Positions 1-8,195 of a DNA stretch of 64,000 nt are shown here, piece by piece. Origin of the DNA: Gemmatimonadota bacterium. Lineage in GTDB: Bacteria; Gemmatimonadota; Gemmatimonadetes; Palauibacterales; Palauibacteraceae. The position numbers and the translations under genes are program-made. Numbering within the stretch: position 1 is the stretch's first letter; every line of letters begins with the position of its first letter. The notes beneath the pieces are model-generated. The model was not told the DNA's origin. It did no database searches and was given only the letters and a program-made list of their open reading frames with translations. Where the stretch lies: the NCBI GenBank assembly GCA_039588275.1, contig JBDHAC010000009.1, positions 1 to 64,000 on the forward strand. Reading direction: 5' to 3'.

Positions 1-574
1 CATCCCGTGCTTTCGAACCAATCCACCATGAATAGCGCCCTGACCCCCGCCTCGCTATGTACAGATCCGACGCCGCGTTGAGTCAAACTCCAACGCCCGG
101 CGGGTGTTCCGTCCAGAACACCGGAGTCTTCAGGTGGACGCCTCGGAGCGGATCCAGGGGGGTCGCTCCCCGCCTGCCTGCGCGCGGTTAGCCATGACTC
201 GCCTTCGGCCTCGGTGCGGCAGGGCCTGTGCCCACCCCGCGACGTCTCTCCATCTCCTTTATGCATTTTGGGTTACGGTGCGTGGGGGACTATCGGAGCC
301 CAGAGCGCTATCCCAAAATGTCCCAACACCGGGAGATCCTCCCCGTAACTGCGTCATCGCGACGATTCTCGCGCCAGGGTTGGGCTCATGGCGCCTTCGT
401 TCGTTCCTGAGCAAGGGTTCACCGACAAGTCTCCCGGCTGACTGATAGATGACGAATCGTGCCTCGAAAGTGCCGTGAACGATCTGACCTGGGGGGTGGG
501 TGGGTCGGCCCCCCGCCAGCTCCAGGCTCGCGGTCAACAGGCAAAATTCGGCCTTATGGACCTTGCGAGGGCCG

Positions 575-640
575 ATTTATTCGTGTATCGTTATATAGTT
601 CAATGAGTTACGTATGATGACACGGGACATAATGTCACGC
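575..640 (+). promoter_or_regulatory. AT-rich candidate promoter region of the cytochrome locus
   Basis: AT-rich patch (tttattcgtgtatcgttatatagttcaatgagtta...cataat) in GC-rich DNA, with palindrome GACAT-A-ATGTC at 626-636; about 360 nt upstream of the first gene. Start site cannot be fixed. Confidence 0.35.
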
Positions 641-969
641 TCCCGGCGTCGTCTGGCCTTTGTCGACACGTTGTCAGCGAGCCGTCCAGGCTCCCCCAGT
701 AACAGTGGCGCCGAGGCCGGGTTTGGCTCCGGAGGGCAGAGCGCCCCGAAGGGTCCCAAATACGCGGGGCATTCTGGTTGCGCTATTGTCGCAGACTGTC
801 CCAGCAAACAGGGGAGGCGTCCCTGACCCAGATTGGGAAAAGCCTCATGATATCAACGGATTCGTGCCTCCAAGGGCTCGGTGCGGGTTTTGCACCTCGC
901 GCGTGCGTAGGATTGTGTCGAGCGGACGGGCCCGTAAGGCGAAACGGGCGATCGACCCGCAGAGAACGC

Positions 970-987
970 GATAACTGTCAAACTGTC
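970..987. repeat. Left arm of inverted repeat flanking the first cytochrome gene
   Basis: GATAACTGTCAAACTGTC is the reverse complement of 2501-2519 with one mismatch and one bulge; includes tandem AACTGTCA x2 (973-988). Confidence 0.6.
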
Positions 988-998
988 AGGTGGTGACC

Positions 999-2495
999 AT
1001 GAAAGACTCACGTAAGCATACGTCGCTCGCGTGGGCCGGTCTCGTGCTCCTCGCCGGCATCTTCGTGGGTTGTACCGACGAGGAAACCGTGTTCGTGGAG
1101 CGGCCCTTCTTCGATGACCCGCCCGCCAACGCCGGGGGTTTCCTGGGCTGGGACCAGCCAACTGAGAAGCTGACGGTGTGCGGGAACTGCCACGTCGGCC
1201 AGCAGAGCGGCTACGAGCTCACCAACCACGCCGATGCGTGGAACACGCTGCAGAATAACCCGAATGCGCAGGAATTCTGCGAGAACTGCCACACCGTCGG
1301 CGGCTACGGCAACCAGACGGACGAGGGCGGTTGGGCGACCACGGCCGATGAGCGCTATCTCGACGTGCAGTGCGAGAATTGCCACGGCCCCGGTGAGGCG
1401 CATGTGAGGAACCCGGATGCTGGCGCCAAGCCGCAGGCCGAGGCCGCGGTGGGGCTCGATACCGGCACGGGGTGCGGGGAGTGCCACGAGGGCACGCACC
1501 ACGGCTTCGTGGACGAGTGGCTCGACTCGCCGCACTCGCAAGTCGTCGGCTTCGCGGCAGCCCGGGCAGCGTGTGAGCGCTGCCACAAGGGTCAAGGGAC
1601 CCTCACGGCGTGGGGTGAGAACGCGGACTACGTCGAGAAGGATGGCGACGCGCTCGCGGTCGTCTGCGTCGTATGCCACGATCCCCACGATCGGACGAAC
1701 GAGCACCAGCTGCGCTTCCCGGTCAGAACGAACGTGATCGAGAACCACCTGTGTGCCCAGTGTCACGATCGTCGAACGGTTCCCGATCCCGGCTCGTCGC
1801 ACGGCCTCCACCCGCACGCGCCCGAAGCGGCATTGCTCGTCGGAGAGGCAGGTTGGTTCCCGCCGGGTGCGGGCTTCGACCCGGGTCAGATCATCGCCAC
1901 GCACGGAAGCGAGGGGAACCCCGAGCTGTGTGCGACCTGTCACCTGCCTTCGTTCGAAGTGACAGACCCGGGCACCGGCGACCACATCTTCTCCGTGACG
2001 GGGCACCTGTTCCGGCCGATCCCGTGCGTGGATGCGCTGGGGGTCCCCGAAGGGTTCGGGGTCGATTGCGGGCTCACCACCGCGGAGCGCTATTACACGG
2101 GGTGCACCGGGGGCGGGTGCCACTTCAACGAGCAGGCGGCAGCCTCGGCGATCACGTCCAAGTCCAACACGATCCAGTTCCTCGCGGACGAGGTGCACCA
2201 CCTGCTCGACATCGTGGATCCGAATGGTGAAGACCCGGGTGGCGAGATCGATGCCACCAATCCGTCGTTCACGGTGGCGGAGGGGGCGCTATTCAACCAC
2301 TCGCTTGCCGAGCACGGCGACGAGGATTTCGGGACGTTCACGGTGCTCGGATCGACCGCCCACAACCCGTTCCTGATGGAGGCGCTGCTGATCGCCAGCA
2401 TCCAGGCCCTCCAAGACGAGTACGGCGTGTCGGGGCGCATCGAGCGCGACTGGGACCTCGAGCTGCAGAAGGTCCTGAACAGCGTGCCCAGGTAA
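999..2495 (+). CDS. Multiheme c-type cytochrome lipoprotein (8 CXXCH + 1 CX4CH), OcwA/OmhA/c554-like
   Basis: ATG 999 after aggtggtga; signal peptide with lipobox FVGC; CGNCH, CENCH, CENCH, CGECH, CERCH, CVVCH, CAQCH, CATCH, CTGGGCH; VQCENCHGPG motif; helical C-terminus with HNP motif; no CXXCK. Confidence 0.9.
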   Translation: MKDSRKHTSLAWAGLVLLAGIFVGCTDEETVFVERPFFDDPPANAGGFLGWDQPTEKLTVCGNCHVGQQSGYELTNHADAWNTLQNNPNAQEFCENCHTVGGYGNQTDEGGWATTADERYLDVQCENCHGPGEAHVRNPDAGAKPQAEAAVGLDTGTGCGECHEGTHHGFVDEWLDSPHSQVVGFAAARAACERCHKGQGTLTAWGENADYVEKDGDALAVVCVVCHDPHDRTNEHQLRFPVRTNVIENHLCAQCHDRRTVPDPGSSHGLHPHAPEAALLVGEAGWFPPGAGFDPGQIIATHGSEGNPELCATCHLPSFEVTDPGTGDHIFSVTGHLFRPIPCVDALGVPEGFGVDCGLTTAERYYTGCTGGGCHFNEQAAASAITSKSNTIQFLADEVHHLLDIVDPNGEDPGGEIDATNPSFTVAEGALFNHSLAEHGDEDFGTFTVLGSTAHNPFLMEALLIASIQALQDEYGVSGRIERDWDLELQKVLNSVPR

Positions 2496-2500
2496 CGAAG

Positions 2501-2519
2501 GACAGGTTTGACAGCTATC
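2501..2519. repeat. Right arm of inverted repeat flanking the first cytochrome gene
   Basis: GACAGGTTTGACAGCTATC pairs with 970-987 over 17 bp. Confidence 0.6.
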
Positions 2520-2522
2520 ATA

Positions 2523-2548
2523 CGGGCCGAGGGGTGACCCTCGGCCCG
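2523..2548 (+). terminator. Stem-loop (mRNA stabiliser or weak terminator)
   Basis: Perfect 11-bp stem CGGGCCGAGGG/CCCTCGGCCCG with GTGA (GNRA) loop; no U tract follows. Confidence 0.5.
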
Positions 2549-2672
2549 CTCGCAAGGGGGTCAAGGCCGCGTTCGGAAGGTGACGGACGCGCCCGGCGGG
2601 ACGTCTAGTGTGCGGCGGCCCTCTCGACAATCGAAGAAGGGCGCACGGACTCTGAAAGCGGAGCGAAAGAAC

Positions 2673-3077
2673 ATGACCCGAATCGGCCCGATTGCGGCCA
2701 TTATCGCCCTCTGCGCTGGGCTCATCGCGACGACCACCGCCATCGCTCAAGAAGCGCCGGCGAAACCACCCGTCGTCCAGCACGATCTCGAGGGGCGCAG
2801 CGCGTGCCTCGCTTGTCATGGCGGCGCGATGGAGGCGATTCCCGCCGTTCCGGAGAGCCACACCAGCCGCCCCGACGAGACGTGCCTCTGGTGCCACGCC
2901 GCCGGCGCGCAGATCCAGACGACCGACCCGAAGACGATCTCGCACGATCTCGAAGGTCGCAGCGCGTGTCTGATGTGCCATGCGGCCGGCGTCATGGAAG
3001 CCATCCCGGATGTGCCCGCGACGCACGAGGGAAGGGCGGACCAGTTCTGCACGCTGTGCCACCAGACGGCGGGCTAA
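2673..3077 (+). CDS. Small periplasmic tetraheme cytochrome c made of two tandem diheme repeats
   Basis: Signal peptide ending AIA-Q; CLACH, CLWCH, CLMCH, CTLCH; unit HDLEGRSACLxCH...MEAIP.VP..H..R....CxxCH occurs twice. Confidence 0.9.
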   Translation: MTRIGPIAAIIALCAGLIATTTAIAQEAPAKPPVVQHDLEGRSACLACHGGAMEAIPAVPESHTSRPDETCLWCHAAGAQIQTTDPKTISHDLEGRSACLMCHAAGVMEAIPDVPATHEGRADQFCTLCHQTAG

Positions 3078-3185
3078 GGCGAATCGCGCGACGCGTTCGC
3101 GCTCGACATAGATAGCGTTGGGCGGCCGACGAGCGCCTGATCGTGCTTGTCGGAGTGCCCGCCCAGGCTCGGGAGACGGGGCCTG

Positions 3186-3653
3186 ATGGAGAAGGAGGCG
3201 GCACGAAAGAACCCGCGGCTTGATCTTAACGGCCTGCTTCTGGCTGCCGTCGTCCTGCTGATGATCACGGGCGCCGCCCTCGCGGTGGCCCTCTACGTCC
3301 TGCCCGGCGAGCACCTCGACGTTCCCGAAACACAACCCGCGATTCGCATCGAGAGCGAAGAGCACTTCATGGTCGGGTCGAGTCGCGTCCAGAATCTGGG
3401 CGAAGAGGTCATCCTCGTCGTGCGCCGCGCCGAGGCCGACTACCACGCATTGCAGGGGATCTCGCCGGCTGATGGGTGCATCCTGCGTTGGGATGAAGAA
3501 TCGCTACGGGTCGTCTCACCCTGCACGCATGCGGTGTACGATCTGCGCGGGAACGTGGTTCGGGGACTGACCCGCGAGCCGCTCCATCGGTATCCCGTTT
3601 ACGTCCGGAACGGAGTCGTGTATGTCGCAACACGGTCGGCTGCGGGCGGCTAG
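3186..3653 (+). CDS. Degenerate Rieske-fold protein lacking [2Fe-2S] ligands
   Basis: N-terminal TM helix, Rieske-like C-terminus (YDLRGNVVRG...PLHRYPV); box I SPADGC and box II SPCTHA in place of CTHxxC and CxCHxx. Confidence 0.8.
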   Translation: MEKEAARKNPRLDLNGLLLAAVVLLMITGAALAVALYVLPGEHLDVPETQPAIRIESEEHFMVGSSRVQNLGEEVILVVRRAEADYHALQGISPADGCILRWDEESLRVVSPCTHAVYDLRGNVVRGLTREPLHRYPVYVRNGVVYVATRSAAGG

Positions 3654-4929
3654 GCGTCGCGTCTCGGCCTGGCTGGGCCAGTTCCGGGCCGACGTCAAGG
3701 CGAGCCTGGATCCCGGCCTGCTGCGAATCCTGCGGTTGTTCGGGCTAGCCTACGGCCCGATTCACCGCCGGGTCCCGATCGACCAAGCCCTCCGTGAGGT
3801 CGTCCGCAACCCGGTGCCCTCGCACGTCGGGTGGCCACACCTGTTCGGTTGGGTGACGTACCTCCTGTTCATGATTCTCGTGGTGAGCGGAGTCCTCCTC
3901 GCGCTCTACTATCGTCCGGCGGTCGGCGAGGCATACGCGAGCATACAGCACATCGTGTCGGACGTGCGCATGGGCTGGCTAATGCGTGACATGCATGTGT
4001 GGGCGGCCAGCCTGATCGTGATCGCCGTCCTCGTGCATATGGGGCGCGGGTTCCTGTACGGGGCCTATCACCCACCACGCGAGACGGTGTGGCTGGTCGG
4101 GTTGATTCTCTTGCTTCTGATCCTCGCTTTCGGGGCTACCGGATACCTCCTCCCCTGGGACCAGTGGTCCTACTGGACCGTGACGGAAGCCCTCAACACG
4201 CTCGGCGCCATGCCGATCGCGGGCAACTTCCTGGTGCGGATCCTGACGGGAGCCGAGTTCGTCTGGGGTGCGACGCTGAGCCGATTCTTCGCCATCCACG
4301 TGATCATCCTGCCGTGGCTCGTTTTCGGCCTCCTGGGCTTTCACATCAGCATGGCCAGGCGGCACGGTCCCGCACCGCCTGTACGCGGAGCACCGAAGGA
4401 CGATCCAGGCGTGCCGTTTTACCCGACGCACCTGTTGCGCAACTTCGTGGTCGGCGTGCTGGTCACAGCGGCGGTCATCACCCTAGCGGCGATCTACCCG
4501 AGACCAGTCGGCGACCCGGCCAACCCGCTCCAGCTGCCAGAGGAGATCGTCTCGACGTGGGTGGTGGTGGACGTCACACGCGCCCTGCTTCATTACCTGG
4601 GCCCATGGGGTCTGGGTCTGGTGACCCTGCTCGGGGTCAGCCTGGGCCTGATCCCGTTGTTCGATCGGAGAGGGGGGAAGCGGCTGCGGGAACGCCCTGT
4701 GGCCGTGGCGCTGGCCTCGACGTTCTTCCTCGTTTTCCTGGCAGCCTGGGTGGCCGGTCGTCGCCTGCAGGCGCCGCCGGCGCCCGAACTCCTCACGCCG
4801 GCCCTCGAGCAGGTCGCTCCGTCCGACGCTGGCACGCCGATACCTGAGCCCGGACCCGAGCCCGTGTGGCCGGCGCCGCCTCCGGATCCGCAGCCGGATG
4901 CGCCGCACGAGGGAGGGGGCGGCTCGTGA
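3622..4929 (+). CDS. Cytochrome b (bc-complex type) with degenerate Qo site
   Basis: Four heme b His (RDMHVW...VHMGR; AIHVII...FHISM), GYLLPWDQ; the PEWY position reads STWV (4552-4563); Pro-rich C-tail. Confidence 0.9.
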   Translation: MSQHGRLRAARRRVSAWLGQFRADVKASLDPGLLRILRLFGLAYGPIHRRVPIDQALREVVRNPVPSHVGWPHLFGWVTYLLFMILVVSGVLLALYYRPAVGEAYASIQHIVSDVRMGWLMRDMHVWAASLIVIAVLVHMGRGFLYGAYHPPRETVWLVGLILLLLILAFGATGYLLPWDQWSYWTVTEALNTLGAMPIAGNFLVRILTGAEFVWGATLSRFFAIHVIILPWLVFGLLGFHISMARRHGPAPPVRGAPKDDPGVPFYPTHLLRNFVVGVLVTAAVITLAAIYPRPVGDPANPLQLPEEIVSTWVVVDVTRALLHYLGPWGLGLVTLLGVSLGLIPLFDRRGGKRLRERPVAVALASTFFLVFLAAWVAGRRLQAPPAPELLTPALEQVAPSDAGTPIPEPGPEPVWPAPPPDPQPDAPHEGGGGS

Positions 4930-6179
4930 GGTCGCTCGCACGCTCGGCGTGGGTCGGCCTCATGACCGCCGTGCTGTTGGCGCCGGCGGCGCCGCGCGCC
5001 GTCTCGGCGCAGCAGACACCCCGCCTGAGCGCCCACCCGGACTCCGTGTACGGGTGCATCGTGTGCCACGCGGACAAGCGGAGGGCGTTCGTGCTTGGGG
5101 TGCACTCCGAGTGGGGGATCCGTTGCAGCGACTGCCACGGGGGCGATCCGCGGGCGTTCGAGATCGCGGACGCCCACGTCGGACGGTTCATCGGACACCC
5201 GGAGAAGCTCGAAACAGTCCAGATCTGCAGCACGTGCCACTCGAGCGTCGACCTCATGCGGCAGTACGGCATCCCGGCTGACCAGATCGCGGAGCTGCGG
5301 TCCAGTCGGCACGGACAGCTGCTCCTCGAGCAAGGGAACGAGGACGCGCCCACATGCACGGACTGTCACGACGCGCACACGATCCATCGACCGGACGATG
5401 CGCGGAGCAAGACGCATCCGACTGCCATCCCGGCCACCTGTGGGCGGTGCCACGAGGACGCCGGCCTTATGGGACGGTATGAGTTGCCCACCAACCAGTT
5501 CGAGGAGTATCGCTCGAGTGCGCACGGCCAGGCGCTCTACGACGAGCTGAACTTCGCCGCGCCCAGTTGCATCGGCTGCCACGGCTCGCACGCGGCGCTG
5601 CCGCCGTCCGTCACCGAGATCTCCAACGTCTGCGGCCAGTGCCACCTGCTCGTGCGCGAGGCCTTCGGCGGGGGACTCCATGGCGCGGCAGCGGCCGGCG
5701 GCGCCCTCCCGGGTTGTACCGCGTGTCATTCCAACCACAGCACCGAGCCCGTGCCGATCGACGGGATAGCTGACACCTGCACGTCGTGTCACGATGCCGA
5801 TACGGACGTGGCCGTGCTCGGGGAGGAGATCCAGGAGCGCGTGATACGCGCGAACTCGCAGATGGAAGAGGCCGAGAGCGCGCTCGAGGAGCTGGTGCGG
5901 GCCGGACGCCCGGTGGAGGACTATCGCTTTCGTTTTCAGAGCGCGCGCACCGCGTACGAGCAAATCGCTCTCGTGCAGCATAGCCTCGATCTGGAACAGC
6001 TCGAAGACCTGGGTCTGCGCGTGGCGTCGGTTTCCGGGGACATCCGGGCCGCCGCCGAGGTCAGCGAGGAGCGCAGATGGGAGCACCGGCTGCTCCTCAT
6101 CCCGGTGTGGTTCTTCGCGCTCGCCGCGATCGCGTTCGCGAGCTTCAAGCTGCGGACGAACACTGCGGAGGGTCCGTAA
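4926..6179 (+). CDS. Nonaheme cytochrome c with C-terminal coiled coil and membrane anchor
   Basis: GTG overlaps the upstream TGA; signal peptide; 9 CXXCH; C-terminal TM helix; paralog of 19218-20543. Confidence 0.9.
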   Translation: MRSLARSAWVGLMTAVLLAPAAPRAVSAQQTPRLSAHPDSVYGCIVCHADKRRAFVLGVHSEWGIRCSDCHGGDPRAFEIADAHVGRFIGHPEKLETVQICSTCHSSVDLMRQYGIPADQIAELRSSRHGQLLLEQGNEDAPTCTDCHDAHTIHRPDDARSKTHPTAIPATCGRCHEDAGLMGRYELPTNQFEEYRSSAHGQALYDELNFAAPSCIGCHGSHAALPPSVTEISNVCGQCHLLVREAFGGGLHGAAAAGGALPGCTACHSNHSTEPVPIDGIADTCTSCHDADTDVAVLGEEIQERVIRANSQMEEAESALEELVRAGRPVEDYRFRFQSARTAYEQIALVQHSLDLEQLEDLGLRVASVSGDIRAAAEVSEERRWEHRLLLIPVWFFALAAIAFASFKLRTNTAEGP

Positions 6180-6181
6180 CC

Positions 6182-8191
6182 GTGGGTCGCGTGAGCTTGT
6201 GGCTGCGGAGCCTTTCGAGGCGCGCCCAGATCACGGTCCAGGTGGGCGTCGGCCTCGTGATCGTGCTCCTGCTCGGCACGGTGGGCTTCGTCGAGTACAG
6301 CGGGCAGCCGAGCTTCTGCCTCAACTGCCACATCATGGAGCCCTACTACGAGTCGTGGCAGACCTCCACGCACAACGATGTCGCCTGCATCGAGTGCCAC
6401 TACGCGCCCGGCGTCAAGGCCGAGGCGATGGGCAAGTTCCAGGCAGCCAACCAGGTGGTGAAGTACGTCACGGGTGCATACGGGACGAAGCCGTGGGCGG
6501 AGATCGAGGATGCGGCCTGCCTGCGGTCGGGGTGTCATTCCGAGCGTAAGCTGGAGGGCGTGGTCGCGTTCCGGGGGATCCGCTTCGACCACACGCAGCA
6601 CCTGGGGCAGCTGCGTCGCGGCAAGCAGCTGCGCTGCACGAGCTGCCACTCGCAGATCGTGCAGGGCGACCACCTGGCCGTGACCGTGTCGACCTGCAAC
6701 CTGTGTCACTTCAAGGACCGACCGGCGGGCGAGCCCATCGCGGGCTGCACCGGCTGCCACCAGACACTCCCGCGGGTTGAATCGCCGGCGGGCTTCGTGG
6801 TCGATCACGATCAGTACGTGCAGGATCTCACCTCGTGCACGGGGTGTCACGCAGAGGTCACCGTGGGCGCGGGGGAGGCGGAGCGTGATCGGTGCTTCAC
6901 ATGCCACAACCGGCCGGAGCGCGTGGCGGAGTTCGACGACGTCACGCTCGTGCACCAGGTGCACATCGCGCAGCACAACGTGGAGTGCCAGCAGTGCCAC
7001 ACGCCGATCGAGCACCGACTGGTCGCGCTCGAAGCCACGTTCGAGCTGGACTGCCAGGGCTGTCACCAACGCGCGCACGATGAGCAGCGACGCATGTACG
7101 CCGGCATTGGCGGACACGGTGCCGAGGACATGCCGAGCGCGATGTATCAAGCGCGTGTCTCGTGCAAAGGGTGTCATGCCCTGCCGACGGAGATCCGCGG
7201 CCACGAGGAGGTGCAGTTGGCCGGCGAAGCGACGTGTCTGTCGTGTCACGGCATCCGCTACGCCAATATCCTCCCCGCGTGGCAGGACGGCATCCAGGGG
7301 CGCGTGACCCGCGTAGCAGGCGTGGTGAGCGGGGCCCGCCGGACGCTGGGATCGGCCTCCGTGGCCGGGCGCGCGGCGGCGGACAGCCTGATCCGACTGG
7401 CGGAGGAGAACGTCGAGTTCGTCAGTCGCGGCAGGGGCGCGCACAACATCGCGTATGCCGATCAGCTTCTGGTGGCGGCCCTGGCCCTCGTCCGAGATGC
7501 GGTCCAGCAGGGCAGGTTGCCGTACACGGAGCCCGACGTCGCGCTCGGCCCAACCGTGGGGGAGAACGTGTGTCTGCGGTGCCACCTGGGGCAGGAGCGC
7601 CGCCGGGTGGATTTTCAGGGCGGCGAATTCGACCACGGCCCGCACGTGCTCGGCGGGATGACGTGTTCCAACTGCCACACGTCCCTCGACCAGCATGGGG
7701 GCACGACCCTCTCGGACCGGGCCTCGTGCGAGGGGTGCCACCACGGCCAGGTGGAGCCACTGGTCTGCGGTCGTTGCCACGAGGGGCCAGGTGGGGCTCC
7801 CGCGGCGGTGCTCCAGACCCCGGTCGGGCAGTTCTCGCACACGGTGCACCGGGAAGGCGGCTTGCCCTGCGCCGTGTGCCACACGGCGCCCGACATGAGC
7901 CCGGAGACGTCGGTGTGCGAGGGCTGCCACGCGCTGCACCACCAGCCTGAGGCGTCCTGCGTGGCCTGTCACGCGGAAGGTGCCCTCGCCAGCCACCCGC
8001 GTGCCGCGCACGAGGGGTGCGAGGTTTGTCACGGAGAGCGTGTCGCAGGCATCACGCAGTGGACCCGGAGCGTGTGCACGGTCTGTCACGTGGACCGCGT
8101 CGAGCACAACCCGCCGATGGATTGCGTGACGTGTCACAGGATTCCGGCCCTGGGCGAGCCCGACCCGGACCAGGCCGAGGAAGGGAGGTGA
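6182..8191 (+). CDS. NapC/NirT-headed membrane-anchored 22-heme cytochrome c
   Basis: GGAGG then GTG 6182; N-terminal TM; NapC-like PSFCLNCHIMEPYYESWQTSTH...CIECH; 21 CXXCH + CLRSGCH. Confidence 0.9.
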   Translation: MGRVSLWLRSLSRRAQITVQVGVGLVIVLLLGTVGFVEYSGQPSFCLNCHIMEPYYESWQTSTHNDVACIECHYAPGVKAEAMGKFQAANQVVKYVTGAYGTKPWAEIEDAACLRSGCHSERKLEGVVAFRGIRFDHTQHLGQLRRGKQLRCTSCHSQIVQGDHLAVTVSTCNLCHFKDRPAGEPIAGCTGCHQTLPRVESPAGFVVDHDQYVQDLTSCTGCHAEVTVGAGEAERDRCFTCHNRPERVAEFDDVTLVHQVHIAQHNVECQQCHTPIEHRLVALEATFELDCQGCHQRAHDEQRRMYAGIGGHGAEDMPSAMYQARVSCKGCHALPTEIRGHEEVQLAGEATCLSCHGIRYANILPAWQDGIQGRVTRVAGVVSGARRTLGSASVAGRAAADSLIRLAEENVEFVSRGRGAHNIAYADQLLVAALALVRDAVQQGRLPYTEPDVALGPTVGENVCLRCHLGQERRRVDFQGGEFDHGPHVLGGMTCSNCHTSLDQHGGTTLSDRASCEGCHHGQVEPLVCGRCHEGPGGAPAAVLQTPVGQFSHTVHREGGLPCAVCHTAPDMSPETSVCEGCHALHHQPEASCVACHAEGALASHPRAAHEGCEVCHGERVAGITQWTRSVCTVCHVDRVEHNPPMDCVTCHRIPALGEPDPDQAEEGR

Positions 8192-8195
8192 GGAC

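Noticed and set aside
104..996. Short ORFs upstream of the locus; possible cyclic dinucleotide (GEMM) riboswitch
   Set aside because: ORFs lack motifs and typical composition; the GEMM consensus was not found by eye, so an Infernal scan is needed.
999..2495. NrfA nitrite reductase
   Set aside because: No CXXCK motif and heme number differs.
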